From: an uncultured euryarchaeote
GTDB lineage: Archaea > Thermoplasmatota > Poseidoniia > Poseidoniales > Poseidoniaceae
NCBI GenBank assembly: GCA_937915175.1
Contig: CALDNA010000052.1
Location: 25,150 to 89,149 of the forward strand
DNA length: 64,000 nt
Direction: 5' to 3'
A model generated the notes under the pieces. It was not told the DNA's origin. It was given only the letters and a program-made list of their open reading frames with translations, and did no database searches. This document shows, piece after piece, positions 9,198-18,062 of this stretch; position 1 is the stretch's first letter; each line of letters begins with the position of its first letter. Both the position numbers and the translations under genes were made by a program.

Positions 9198-10157
9198 TCA
9201 CCGGTTTTTACGCTTGCGAAGAAGGCGAGGCTCTTCATTGACGCCAAATTCCCTGCGCATTTCCAGCACCCGTTGATGGAATTCTTTTGCTAAGGTCCAG
9301 TATTCTAAGGACCCAGCGCCTGCCCCTGAATTGGTTGGCTTGTTGAGCAGCACCGTTGGTGCTCCACTCCAAGGGGCTTCAGCCACTTTGACCAATCGGC
9401 GAATGGTGGTCTGGAACAGCTTGTTTGGCATTTTCTTATTCACTTCATCGCACACGTGGCGGCTGAGTTTGGAACGAGCATCCACCATGGTCATGGCGAT
9501 GCCGAAAATTTTCAAATTGCGGTTAATTCTTCGCTGAATCATCTTGATCGAGTTCATCAGCATGCTGAATCCTTCGAGCGCATAGTATTCCGCCTGAACC
9601 GGTACCATTACCCAGTTTGCAGCGCACATGGCATTGATCGACAAAAGACCGAGGGAAGGGGGCGTATCGATGACGATGTAATCAAATTCATCGATGATGG
9701 GCATCAAGGCTTCACGAAGCCTGGTTTCTCGTCCAATTTTATGGCTCAATTCAATCTCAGCGCCTGACAGGTGAATGTCGCTGGGTAAGAGCCAGAGGTG
9801 GCCGACAGAGACATTGTCGGGTGCTTTCTTGTTGTTGTTGCGCAGGCTCCATGCGTCCTGCATGGATTTCGTGAGTTCTTCAGGGCCGATGAGGTATTCT
9901 TCCATCAATGGAAGGTCTTCTCCAGAATCGTTGGTGAGAAGATCGTAGGAAGTTTTCTTGACGTTTTTCTTTTCCACGCCAAACGATGTTGCACAGTTTC
10001 CCTGAGGGTCCAAATCGATGAGCAATACCTTGGACTTTGGAAGGCCTTGGCGAGGTGAACCTTTGGCCAATGCTGCGGCAAGGTTGACGGCGGTTGTTGT
10101 TTTGGCACAACCACCTTTTTGATTCGCTACCGCTATGACCATCTTGTATGGGTTCAT
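9198..10157 (-). CDS. ParA/Soj/SegA-family partition ATPase (deviant Walker A)
   Basis: VIAVANQKGGCAKTTTAVNLAAALA, LLIDLDPQGN, IVIDTPPSLG. GGAGGTG lies 6 nt upstream of the ATG. An internal ~45-aa insertion and a basic C-terminus (RLLRKRKNR). Confidence 0.9.
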   Translation of the reverse strand: MNPYKMVIAVANQKGGCAKTTTAVNLAAALAKGSPRQGLPKSKVLLIDLDPQGNCATSFGVEKKNVKKTSYDLLTNDSGEDLPLMEEYLIGPEELTKSMQDAWSLRNNNKKAPDNVSVGHLWLLPSDIHLSGAEIELSHKIGRETRLREALMPIIDEFDYIVIDTPPSLGLLSINAMCAANWVMVPVQAEYYALEGFSMLMNSIKMIQRRINRNLKIFGIAMTMVDARSKLSRHVCDEVNKKMPNKLFQTTIRRLVKVAEAPWSGAPTVLLNKPTNSGAGAGSLEYWTLAKEFHQRVLEMRREFGVNEEPRLLRKRKNR

Positions 10158-10227
10158 CTGTTCACCTCCTCGGACAATCTATGGAGAGCGGTTCTCCTCT
10201 TTGAATGCAACCACAATGGTACAAACA

Positions 10228-11238
10228 TCAAGCGGGTTGGATGACCGGTACAGGGACTTCCGAGAGGATCTTTCGCACGATGTGCGCACCGGTGATTCCA
10301 CGAATCTTAGCCTCAGGCTTCATGTTGATACGGTGAGCAATCACTTGCAAAGCGATGCCTTTGATGTCATCAGGAATCACATAGTTTCGCCCTGCGATTG
10401 CAGCGGCAGCACGGCCAGTCTTGAACAGCGATTGCGACGCACGAGGCGACGCTCCGTTGGTGACGCGGTGGTCTTCACGGGTTCGTTGAACAATTTCGAC
10501 GCAATAGGAGAGAATCGCCGGGTCAACGTGAACGGTCTCGAGGGCTTTTTGCATAGCGACGACCTTCTTTGGTGAAGTGATTTGCAGCACGTCGTGACCG
10601 TCCTTTCCTCTCAACTTACGACGAGCTAGAATTGCTTTTTCTTCTGCACGGTCAGGGTAGCCCATGCTCATTTTCATCAAGAAACGGTCCATTTGCGCTT
10701 CAGGCAGCGGGTATGTTCCTTCTTGCTCGATTGGGTTTTGAGTTGCAATAACAACGAACGGAGCAGGCAACTTGTGCGTGATCCCTTCAATCGTCACTTG
10801 CTTTTCTTCCATGGCTTCCAAAAGAGCCGCTTGGGTCTTTGGAGGTGCACGGTTAATTTCGTCAGCAAGCAGGATGTTGGAAAACAATGGACCAGCACGG
10901 AGTTTGAACTCGCCTGCTTTTTGGTCGTACATGTATGTCCCCATAATATCCGAAGGGAGCAAATCCGGGGTAAACTGAACTCGCTTGAATTTACAGCCGA
11001 GTGCTTGAGCAAAAGTGTTGGCTAAAAGGGTCTTAGCAAGACCTGGGAAATCTTCCAACAAAATGTTACCGTTCGACAAGATACCGACGGTGACACGGCG
11101 CAAGTTCTCGTTTTTACCGATGATCACTTTGCTGACTTCGTTCATGAGGCTGTTTGAGATGGCGGAAACTGTACCAATCAAATCTTGAGTTCCGGGGTTT
11201 TGACCCATTGCGGGTGCGGCTGTGAATCCTGCTTCCAT
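10228..11238 (-). CDS. MoxR-family AAA+ ATPase
   Basis: ILLEDFPGLAKT (Walker A), LLADEINRAPPKTQAALLEAMEE (Walker B/sensor), ATQNPIEQEGTYPLPEAQMDRF. Internal ATG at 11238 is preceded by GGAGG. Confidence 0.9.
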   Translation of the reverse strand: MEAGFTAAPAMGQNPGTQDLIGTVSAISNSLMNEVSKVIIGKNENLRRVTVGILSNGNILLEDFPGLAKTLLANTFAQALGCKFKRVQFTPDLLPSDIMGTYMYDQKAGEFKLRAGPLFSNILLADEINRAPPKTQAALLEAMEEKQVTIEGITHKLPAPFVVIATQNPIEQEGTYPLPEAQMDRFLMKMSMGYPDRAEEKAILARRKLRGKDGHDVLQITSPKKVVAMQKALETVHVDPAILSYCVEIVQRTREDHRVTNGASPRASQSLFKTGRAAAAIAGRNYVIPDDIKGIALQVIAHRINMKPEAKIRGITGAHIVRKILSEVPVPVIQPA

Positions 11239-11349
11239 GTTGAAGGCCTCCAAAGGACAAGTTCTCAACCGCGCCCTTCCATATATGAATGTGAGGGGGA
11301 GGCAAGTCAACAATATGTCAACCAAGAGCGCTCAGATTCACGGTAAGCA

Positions 11350-13275
11350 TCAGCGGCCCCAGAAGTGATTTTCCTTTCGATGCAAACGAATCAATTCCTC
11401 GAGAATTTCTTGTTCAATCGGGTTGAGATCGATTTTCTTCAAACGCTTGGCGTGTGATTCCGGGACATCAACATAGAATTCATCCAATTCCTCGATGTGC
11501 CTGCCAACCGTTGGGCCACTGATTGCAACAGCCACTTCGTCGCCTTGATTTGCTTCCTTGACATCATCAGAATCGCGGGTACGCAGGCTCTTGATTTGAC
11601 CTACAGGTGTCCCGTCAAGTTTCATCAATCGCTGACCGATATGGACTCGGCCTCCCACCACGCGCATGCCCACGATGGCTGGACCTTTGGCGCGGAATGT
11701 GTGGTCTTTCAGGTACAACAGCCGGCCTGGATACACGAGTGATTCGCGAAGTTCAGCCGCAATCTGTTCAGCGGTCTCTTCTCGCCATGCTTCATAGGCA
11801 TCGAGAATGTGGTAAATGATGCTACCAGAAAAGAATTTGATTTCAGAATCTTCCGAATTAAGGGATTCGGCGACTTCCGTATTGCCTTTGACCGAGAAGC
11901 CTAGGATGACCTTGTTCAACGGATCTTGTGCTGAATGGGCCATCAAAACATCGCGCTTGTTGACGGGGCCAACTGTGGCTTGACGTACAGGGATTTTCAA
12001 TTTTGCAAGTTCGAAACCAAGCGCTTCCAAACCACCGACGGTGTCGGCCTTGATGACGACACCTTTGCGCTCTTCTTCTGCGCCTCTGCATGCACCTTTC
12101 TTGGTGTGGTCTTTGAACTCCGCACGAGGAAACACATCGCTGCATTTTGAGCACATGATTGGCATGGTGTCGAAGATGGCTCGCCATTCTTGGCGGATTG
12201 CTGCCTCTGCATGTTCTCTTTCTTCAGGGGTATTCGCTCGATACAAGGTGGTACCTGCAATTGTGTTCTCCAATTTCGGAGCAACAATTTTGACACCGCA
12301 CGCCGCTTCGACGCGGTCAAAGTTAACCCAACGCTTGCCAGCATCTCGCATTTCGGACATGCCTTTGGGGCGTTTGAGCCCTTTGATGTGAGTGGAAAAA
12401 GGTCCATCGTTTGCGGCCAGCATAATGTGGTCGCCAACCTTGAGGTCACCTCGATAAAGAATGACATCGATGGTTTTACCCATCCCCACTTCATCTCGCA
12501 TTTCTAAAACCGTACCTTTAGCCGAACCAAGCGTGTCGGTCAGCCGGTCCTCAAGGAACCGTTCAGCAAGCCCGACGGTAACAGCAAGCAAATCTTGCAG
12601 GCCCTCACCATCCTTTGCGGACATTGGAACAAAAGCAACGTTCTGGCGAAAGTCCCTGATTTGATCGTATCGCTCGATGTTGAACCCGTGTTCAGAGAAC
12701 TGCCCGAGCATCTTCCAATATCGGTCTTCAAAAAGCGATTGAACATCTTCCCGTTGATCTTTGAAGGAATCCATGAACGAGCGACCACGCTTGGTTCTCC
12801 ATCCGTGAATTCGGTCGACTTTGTTTCCAGCGATGACGAACGGGGTACGCGTCTCCTTCAGAGTTTTCAAACTCTCAATGGTCTGTGGTTGAAGCCCTTC
12901 CATGACATCGACCACAAGCACAGCGATGTCAGCAACTGACCCGCCTCGGTTTCGGAGGCTGACAAACGAATGATGGCCAGGTGTATCGATAAAGAGCAAA
13001 CCCGGGGATTTGAATTTCTTACCACCGAGCATGGCTTCACACGTTTTGTTGAGCACATCGGCTGGAACTTCGGTAGCTCCGATGTGTTGGGTGATACCAC
13101 CTGCTTCACGAGCCATTACGCTGGCTTGGCGTTCGCTTCCAACTGAACGGACCAAGTCAAGCACACTGGTTTTGCCGTGGTCAACGTGACCAAGAACAGA
13201 TACAATCGGTTGGCGGTTGTGGCCACGCTCAGAGGTGGAGGTGTCGGGCGAATCCTGTTCGGTTTCGTCCATCAT
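11350..13275 (-). CDS. infB: Translation initiation factor aIF5B (IF-2 homolog)
   Basis: G1 GHVDHGKTSVLD, DTPGH, NKVD. Domain III begins GVVIKADTVGGLEAL. Sits in the conserved position after ndk. Confidence 0.95.
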   Translation of the reverse strand: MMDETEQDSPDTSTSERGHNRQPIVSVLGHVDHGKTSVLDLVRSVGSERQASVMAREAGGITQHIGATEVPADVLNKTCEAMLGGKKFKSPGLLFIDTPGHHSFVSLRNRGGSVADIAVLVVDVMEGLQPQTIESLKTLKETRTPFVIAGNKVDRIHGWRTKRGRSFMDSFKDQREDVQSLFEDRYWKMLGQFSEHGFNIERYDQIRDFRQNVAFVPMSAKDGEGLQDLLAVTVGLAERFLEDRLTDTLGSAKGTVLEMRDEVGMGKTIDVILYRGDLKVGDHIMLAANDGPFSTHIKGLKRPKGMSEMRDAGKRWVNFDRVEAACGVKIVAPKLENTIAGTTLYRANTPEEREHAEAAIRQEWRAIFDTMPIMCSKCSDVFPRAEFKDHTKKGACRGAEEERKGVVIKADTVGGLEALGFELAKLKIPVRQATVGPVNKRDVLMAHSAQDPLNKVILGFSVKGNTEVAESLNSEDSEIKFFSGSIIYHILDAYEAWREETAEQIAAELRESLVYPGRLLYLKDHTFRAKGPAIVGMRVVGGRVHIGQRLMKLDGTPVGQIKSLRTRDSDDVKEANQGDEVAVAISGPTVGRHIEELDEFYVDVPESHAKRLKKIDLNPIEQEILEELIRLHRKENHFWGR

Positions 13276-13305
13276 ATCACCTCTAACCCCTTGCGGGGAT
13301 GGTAT

Positions 13306-13764
13306 TCACTCGTAAACCCAGGCGGTGATCGTTTGATCCCATTCCATGAGGCCTTCAGGGAACCAAAGGCCAAGTTCGAACGCAGCAGTGTCTGCAGCGT
13401 CAGAGCCGTGAATCATGTTGAAGCCCATGTCCATGCCGAAGTCGCCTCGGATGGTGCCGGGTGTTGCTTCACGGCCATTGGTGGAGCCAATGAGGGTGCG
13501 AGCGACGGTGATTGCATCTTTTCCGGACCAAGCCATGCAGACAACAGGGCCAGAGGTCACGAACTTGATGAGTCCTGGATAAAATGGGCGTTCCTTGTGG
13601 ACAGCGTAGTGTGCTTCCGCAGTGTCTTGGCTTGCTACAACGGATTTGAGTCCGACAAGTTTGAGCCCTTTGCGCTCAAATCGACCGAGAATTTCTGCAA
13701 TTAGTCCACGTTGTACGCCATCAGGCTTGATCATAACATAGGTTGTTTCCATGGTGTTCACCAA
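13306..13764 (-). CDS. ndk: Nucleoside diphosphate kinase
   Basis: [21 protein letters not shown] active-site His region. Confidence 0.95.
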   Translation of the reverse strand: MVNTMETTYVMIKPDGVQRGLIAEILGRFERKGLKLVGLKSVVASQDTAEAHYAVHKERPFYPGLIKFVTSGPVVCMAWSGKDAITVARTLIGSTNGREATPGTIRGDFGMDMGFNMIHGSDAADTAAFELGLWFPEGLMEWDQTITAWVYE

Positions 13765-13861
13765 ACCATCCGACTGGAGCCCCCTTTATGAGCCATACGG
13801 CCCCCAAGGTAGGTGATTCATTCCGCTTTTGCGGTTGTGCTGCTCGTTTACAGGGGTAAAC

Positions 13862-14062
13862 TCACTGGATGCCGCCCTTCACGAAGTGGCGAGTCCACTT
13901 GACGCGACGGGAGTTTCGCTTGAGTTTAATCATGTTCTTACGGGCTTTGGAATTTTTGAACCACATGACGCTTCCGTCACGGCGGACGAACATCATGCCC
14001 GTGCCTGGTTCGATCTCTTCACCGGAAAAAGTACAGATTCTACGTTCTGGCATACACTTCAC
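13862..14062 (-). CDS. rpl24e: 50S ribosomal protein L24e
   Basis: [34 protein letters not shown]. Confidence 0.9.
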   Translation of the reverse strand: MKCMPERRICTFSGEEIEPGTGMMFVRRDGSVMWFKNSKARKNMIKLKRNSRRVKWTRHFVKGGIQ

Positions 14063-14283
14063 CTCGAGTTGAGCTTACGGGCTTCACGACCGGTGTCTTT
14101 GAGCATCAAAATGTCGCCGACACGAATTGGACCGAGGACGTTGCGGGAGATAATTCGCCCAACGTCACGTGGATTAGGTGCGTCATTGACACGGACCTTG
14201 ACTTGAGTTGCTTCTCCGGTCATACCAGTGCGGCCGACGATTTCGACGACTTCTGCTGGCCAACCGTTGAGTTCTTCGCTCAT
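14059..14283 (-). CDS. rps28e: 30S ribosomal protein S28e
   Basis: [23 protein letters not shown]...[25 protein letters not shown]. Confidence 0.9.
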   Translation of the reverse strand: MSEELNGWPAEVVEIVGRTGMTGEATQVKVRVNDAPNPRDVGRIISRNVLGPIRVGDILMLKDTGREARKLNSR

Positions 14284-14307
14284 GTTTTATTCCTCCAAAC
14301 TTCAAGT

Positions 14308-14679
14308 TCAAGCCTTGAGTCCGTTGATCAGGTCAACGACTTCGGTGAACTTTTCTTGTGCGCCTTTGGTGATTTCCATGACTGCAATCGATGCGGTCTT
14401 GACACCGTCAGGAAGGCCAGCTTCCTTAGCGAGGAATTCTTGAGATGGAACGTATCCGTATGGGATGCCTTTCTCTTCGCAAATCAATGGAATGTGAGCA
14501 AGGAGTTCAGGTGGGTTCACATCAACTGCAAGAACGATGAATTGAGCCGTACCGCGTTCTGCGGTCTTGGTCACTTCGTTGCTGCCCTTCTTCAGGCGGC
14601 CGTTGTTGTTTGCTTGCAGCATGTCATAGATCTTGTCAGATACTTCTTCAGGGGTTTCAAATCGCACGTGTACACTCAT
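14308..14679 (-). CDS. rpl7ae: 50S ribosomal protein L7Ae (K-turn binding protein)
   Basis: KKGSNEVTKTAERGTAQFIVLAVDVNPPELLAHIPLICEEKGIPYGYV. Confidence 0.95.
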   Translation of the reverse strand: MSVHVRFETPEEVSDKIYDMLQANNNGRLKKGSNEVTKTAERGTAQFIVLAVDVNPPELLAHIPLICEEKGIPYGYVPSQEFLAKEAGLPDGVKTASIAVMEITKGAQEKFTEVVDLINGLKA

Positions 14680-14730
14680 TGGATATCACTTCTTCCTCAT
14701 GTTAAGGCATTCCATGCGCAGAACCTCGCG

Positions 14731-14738
14731 AATATAAA
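14731..14738 (-). promoter_or_regulatory. Candidate TATA box (TTTATATT on the minus strand) for the rpl7ae operon
   Basis: Lies 52-59 nt upstream of the rpl7ae ATG (14679) and matches the archaeal TTTAWATA-type consensus. Confidence 0.3.
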
Positions 14739-14821
14739 CACGACGGAAGGTTTCCGGTTCGCTGGAGGCTGAAAATAGGCTAAAAAGGAGGGTGTTCGCG
14801 CAGTCTAAACGGGCTACTGCG

Positions 14822-15772
14822 TCACTTTTTATCCCATTTAAGGGTGGTAAACAATTCATCGACCCCTCGAGCGAGCGCCGGGCCTCCGGAGATGACATCT
14901 CGGGGGTTTGCTAGCGAGCCTGTCGCATGCACGCCATCCACGTATCTGATGAGTCGAGCAATGGCTCCACCGGTGAACAATCCGTGCGAGCAAGCAGCAT
15001 GAACTGCAACCGCGCCCTGGCTCCTTAACGCCTCAGCCGCTCGACAAATGGTGCCTCCCGTGGCGATCATGTCATCAACAATCGCCACAACTTTACCATC
15101 GACGTTCAGATCTTTGGCTTGGTGAACGATGGTGTGAGCGTCGATTCTTGTTTTTTCAAGGTAGGAAAATTCACAATCAATGGCCGTTGCAACCGCCGAA
15201 GCCCGTTCAATTGCTCCTTTGTCGGGTGAAAGAATAAAATCAGGATTTACAGTTTCCTGCAGGTGCTTTGCTAATTCAGGCATAGCGGATGTGAATGCGA
15301 CTGGCACTGGTAAGTCTTCAAGCACCTTTGGAGCGTGCAAATCAAAGACAATGATTCCATCGCATCGAGACGCAAGCAGGTGGCCGATGGCTCGAGCAGA
15401 GATTGCTTCGCCCGGTTTGAATCGTTTATCCTGGCGAGAATATCCAAAATATGGTACAGCAAGCAGGGTTCCGGGGCCTACATCTTCCAATTGTTGAGGG
15501 CCAATGTCCCTCAAATTTTCTAAATTGCCACGCCGTACATCATTTATGGCTTCCAACATCAACAATGTTTCGACGATTCCGGCATCGGGGAATGTGTTTG
15601 AAACCAGAACGACAGGTTCCTTCCGAACCGCATCAATGACTTCCGATGGTATCCGGATGTACCCTTCAGAATCAGGGAACCTTCGAGTTTCGAGGGAATG
15701 ATGTTCCCAACCGAGGGAATCTGCAAGTTGGGTCGCCAGCAGGCGAGCGTTGCTTCCAGATACGACGACCAT
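14822..15772 (-). CDS. prs: Ribose-phosphate pyrophosphokinase (PRPP synthetase)
   Basis: MVVVSGSNARLLATQLA, PYFGYSRQDKRF, VAIVDDMIATGGT. I chose the internal ATG at 15772 because the longer ORF runs up to the tRNA. Confidence 0.9.
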   Translation of the reverse strand: MVVVSGSNARLLATQLADSLGWEHHSLETRRFPDSEGYIRIPSEVIDAVRKEPVVLVSNTFPDAGIVETLLMLEAINDVRRGNLENLRDIGPQQLEDVGPGTLLAVPYFGYSRQDKRFKPGEAISARAIGHLLASRCDGIIVFDLHAPKVLEDLPVPVAFTSAMPELAKHLQETVNPDFILSPDKGAIERASAVATAIDCEFSYLEKTRIDAHTIVHQAKDLNVDGKVVAIVDDMIATGGTICRAAEALRSQGAVAVHAACSHGLFTGGAIARLIRYVDGVHATGSLANPRDVISGGPALARGVDELFTTLKWDKK

Positions 15773-15916
15773 GTTCTCCCTCGTAGTGAGTGCCAGCGAC
15801 GGCCCTTCATCTTCTTTGCGAGTGATTGCCGGTTTCCTGATCCACCCATACATCGGTATTGGACGGCTGCAAGTGGCTCCCAGTCCTACGGACAAGCCAA
15901 GAGTTGTGTTGAAGAG

Positions 15917-15990
15917 TGCGCGAGGCAGGACTTGAACCTGCGGCCTCCCGGTTATCAGCCGGGTGCTCTAACCGACTAAGCTACCCGCGC
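15917..15990 (-). tRNA. tRNA-Ile (anticodon GAU)
   Basis: Minus-strand sequence GCGCGGGTAGCTTAGTCGGTTAGAGCACCCGGCTGATAACCGGGAGGCCGCAGGTTCAAGTCCTGCCTCGCGCA. 7-bp acceptor stem with one G-U pair, D loop AGTCGGTTAG, anticodon loop CTGATAA, T arm GCAGG-TTCAAGT-CCTGC. CCA is not encoded. Confidence 0.9.
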
Positions 15991-16066
15991 AACTGCAATC
16001 CCGGCGACTCACCTCCCCGTCATAAGATTGACGGAGCGACAAACGACAGAATCAACGCGCAAGCAT

Positions 16067-16666
16067 TCACTCGCTTTCGTCGTCCATCCCGTTAATGGTG
16101 ATGTACGACGGCAAGGTTAGCACTTTGTCGAAGGAGCGCGAAAGGACAACCTCGTCCAGGCGTTCTCGTGTTCGAGAAAAAGCTGTGATTGGAACTCGAA
16201 GTTCTTCTTCAACGCCAAATTCCTTTTGGATGCTGATTCGTGTCTTCACGATGACGCCTTTGTAAGTGCGCTTGACCTTGAACAGATCTGTGATGACGCC
16301 AATTTCCCGTCCTTGGTTGTCGAGTACTGCTCGATCGAGCATTTCATCTGGTGCGTAGAGTTTTTCGTCGATGCGGACGGTGTCTCGCCATCGGCGTTGC
16401 AATTCACGCATTGACTTGGACAACTTCACAGTGCCATCGGTTCTGATGCTGTGCACCAATTCCTTTGGCAGCGGTGCGAGTTCCGCTGGCTTTCGCATAA
16501 ACTCGTCAGCGACGCCAGCGTCCACTTGAATTCGCATGGATCGCACACGAGCTTCATTCGGGTGGTGTCGTTCACCCACAATCGTTCCTACTTTCTTATC
16601 GTTTACGTAAACATCACGTCGGAGTAACTCCTGGATGTCATATTTGTCGTTCGGCATTTTTCCCAT
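16067..16666 (-). CDS. Tandem PRC-barrel-like domain protein
   Basis: Two segments of the type DVYVNDKKVGTIVGE... and RAVLDNQGREIGVITDLF... resemble archaeal PRC-barrel proteins. Recognition by eye only. Confidence 0.5.
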   Translation of the reverse strand: MGKMPNDKYDIQELLRRDVYVNDKKVGTIVGERHHPNEARVRSMRIQVDAGVADEFMRKPAELAPLPKELVHSIRTDGTVKLSKSMRELQRRWRDTVRIDEKLYAPDEMLDRAVLDNQGREIGVITDLFKVKRTYKGVIVKTRISIQKEFGVEEELRVPITAFSRTRERLDEVVLSRSFDKVLTLPSYITINGMDDESE

Positions 16667-16715
16667 CTCGTTGTGTCGGGGTGTGCCCGACTTATCTCCT
16701 CGTCATCTTGAAGGG

Positions 16716-16723
16716 CTTTATAC
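16716..16723 (-). promoter_or_regulatory. Candidate TATA box (GTATAAAG on the minus strand) for the PRC-barrel gene
   Basis: Lies 50-57 nt upstream of the ATG at 16666. Confidence 0.25.
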
Positions 16724-16745
16724 TCTTTCCCGATTTAGAAGTGAT

Positions 16746-17119
16746 TTCCAATTGCATTTGTCGTATAATTGATGAGAATGCCAATTGAAATTCACTCTAT
16801 AGTTCAATTTTGACCGATGTCGTATAATTTTCTTTTCAATATGAATTCAAATCCTTATTGAGCGCTTTACTTCAGCCGACCTTCGAATGGAGGGTTGATC
16901 CATTGTAGCTGCTAAAAGATTCTATATTTCAATTGGTGAAGCAGAACTTGGAGTTTTTTCTCACACCAGGATACCCAATATGTTGTGGGATCCATGTTCG
17001 CCTATTCTGGAGAATGAGCACGATTTATTTCCGAAAGCAGGATATTGTAATTTCAATATAAAATAACAAAATGCAATTGAAATATTGAGATATCTTGGTG
17101 ATTCAAATGGCGTATAATT
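16746..17119. repeat. Set of short interspersed repeats in an AT-rich ORF-free gap: CAATTG(A/C)A(A)T x4 (one inverted) and CGTATAATT x3
   Basis: CAATTG cores at 16749, 16782 and 17074, plus an inverted copy ATTTCAATTGG at 16926-16936. CGTATAATT at 16762-16770, 16821-16829 and 17111-17119. Confidence 0.7.
17111..17119 (+). promoter_or_regulatory. Candidate TATA box (CGTATAATT) for the gene starting at 17190
   Basis: Lies ~70-80 nt upstream of the ATG at 17190. It shares a GTATAA core with the PRC-gene candidate. Confidence 0.25.
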
Positions 17120-17189
17120 CGCTCTTCTCGGTCCACTAAGAATGAGTCATCCTCGATTCTTTGATGTGTGATGTGGAGGTGGCTTGACC

Positions 17190-18062
17190 ATGCCTCAGGC
17201 ACCAACCATCCATCTGCGTGGCAAACCGTCATCGTTGAGGTTGGGGCTGATTGAACGTTTGTTGCGCACCAATGCGCATGTTGTTCTTGACGAAGATTTT
17301 CTTCAGAACGTCAGCGAAACTTATGCGACCGATCTTGAGTTTGGCCAAGCCACTGTATCTTCGTCAACAATCACCAATCTCGGTGAGGGCCATCGCTTGG
17401 TCATGCTCGGGCATGGCCCCTTCACATCACCCGCTGACGGCTCCCTAGGGCTTGACGTCAACGGCCTCGAACTGATCTTGGTCACACCTGCAGGTGCAGC
17501 AAACGACGCTGCAACGGATTGGGTCGACGCTCATGTGGTGGTGCACGATATGATACCCATGCGCAGAGACTCCGATTGGACGCCTGCTGTCTTCGAAGAT
17601 TGGCTGAGTGCCTTTTCACAAAACCAAGAGGGACTTCTCCCCCTGGAGGCCGACCGGTGGTGGGTGAGCGAAATTGATGTGGCGGATGCTTTAGTACGGC
17701 TATTGATGAGCGACAACGCTTTCCCAGAATCATGCAAAATGTCAGGTCGACGTTCATGGTCAGTGGGTCAAACATACGAGGAGTTCCATCTGCTCTACAT
17801 GCGCACAATGGCTGGCCAAACGGGGCGCTTTGGCGTAGACGAGTTAACTGCAGCCCCCACGCCTACCATCGAACTCCAAACGCTTGTTGTAAGCGATAAA
17901 CCACCACTCAGCGTTGAAGAAAACCAAATGCAACGCCCCGATTTGTCCAACATTCATGACGCACTTCATGCAGCAGACGGGGATGGTTGGCGACCCTTAA
18001 TGCCGATTCGCACATCCTTGATGCACTGCCTTGCAGGTTTGCTTGAGCAAAAATCAAGCTAG
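17190..18062 (+). CDS. Hypothetical protein, possibly a degenerate NAD(P)-binding epimerase/NmrA-like fold
   Basis: GGAGGTG lies 8 nt upstream of ATG 17190 (the ORF track starts at TTG 17184). VSEIDVADALVRLL-type segment present, but no GxxGxxG motif. Confidence 0.45.
   Translation: MPQAPTIHLRGKPSSLRLGLIERLLRTNAHVVLDEDFLQNVSETYATDLEFGQATVSSSTITNLGEGHRLVMLGHGPFTSPADGSLGLDVNGLELILVTPAGAANDAATDWVDAHVVVHDMIPMRRDSDWTPAVFEDWLSAFSQNQEGLLPLEADRWWVSEIDVADALVRLLMSDNAFPESCKMSGRRSWSVGQTYEEFHLLYMRTMAGQTGRFGVDELTAAPTPTIELQTLVVSDKPPLSVEENQMQRPDLSNIHDALHAADGDGWRPLMPIRTSLMHCLAGLLEQKSS

Noticed and set aside
8840-9241. 133-aa plus-strand ORF antisense to the RHH gene
   Set aside because: It has no motif, and it overlaps the RHH gene and the ParA 3' end. 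The minus-strand genes form a coherent tightly spaced cassette.
14680-14730. Possible K-turn in the rpl7ae 5' leader (L7Ae autoregulation is known in some archaea)
   Set aside because: I see GUGAU and AUGAGG fragments. I cannot assemble a convincing C-stem / 3-nt bulge / tandem G-A structure by eye.
15917-15990. tRNA-Ile as a possible integration hotspot for a genomic island
   Set aside because: No integrase, no direct repeat of the tRNA 3' end and no compositional break that I can see. The flanking genes (prs, PRC-barrel) look like core genes.
16770-16775. TGATGA (C-box-like) in the AT-rich gap, checked for a C/D box sRNA
   Set aside because: No CTGA D box at a suitable distance and no terminal stem.
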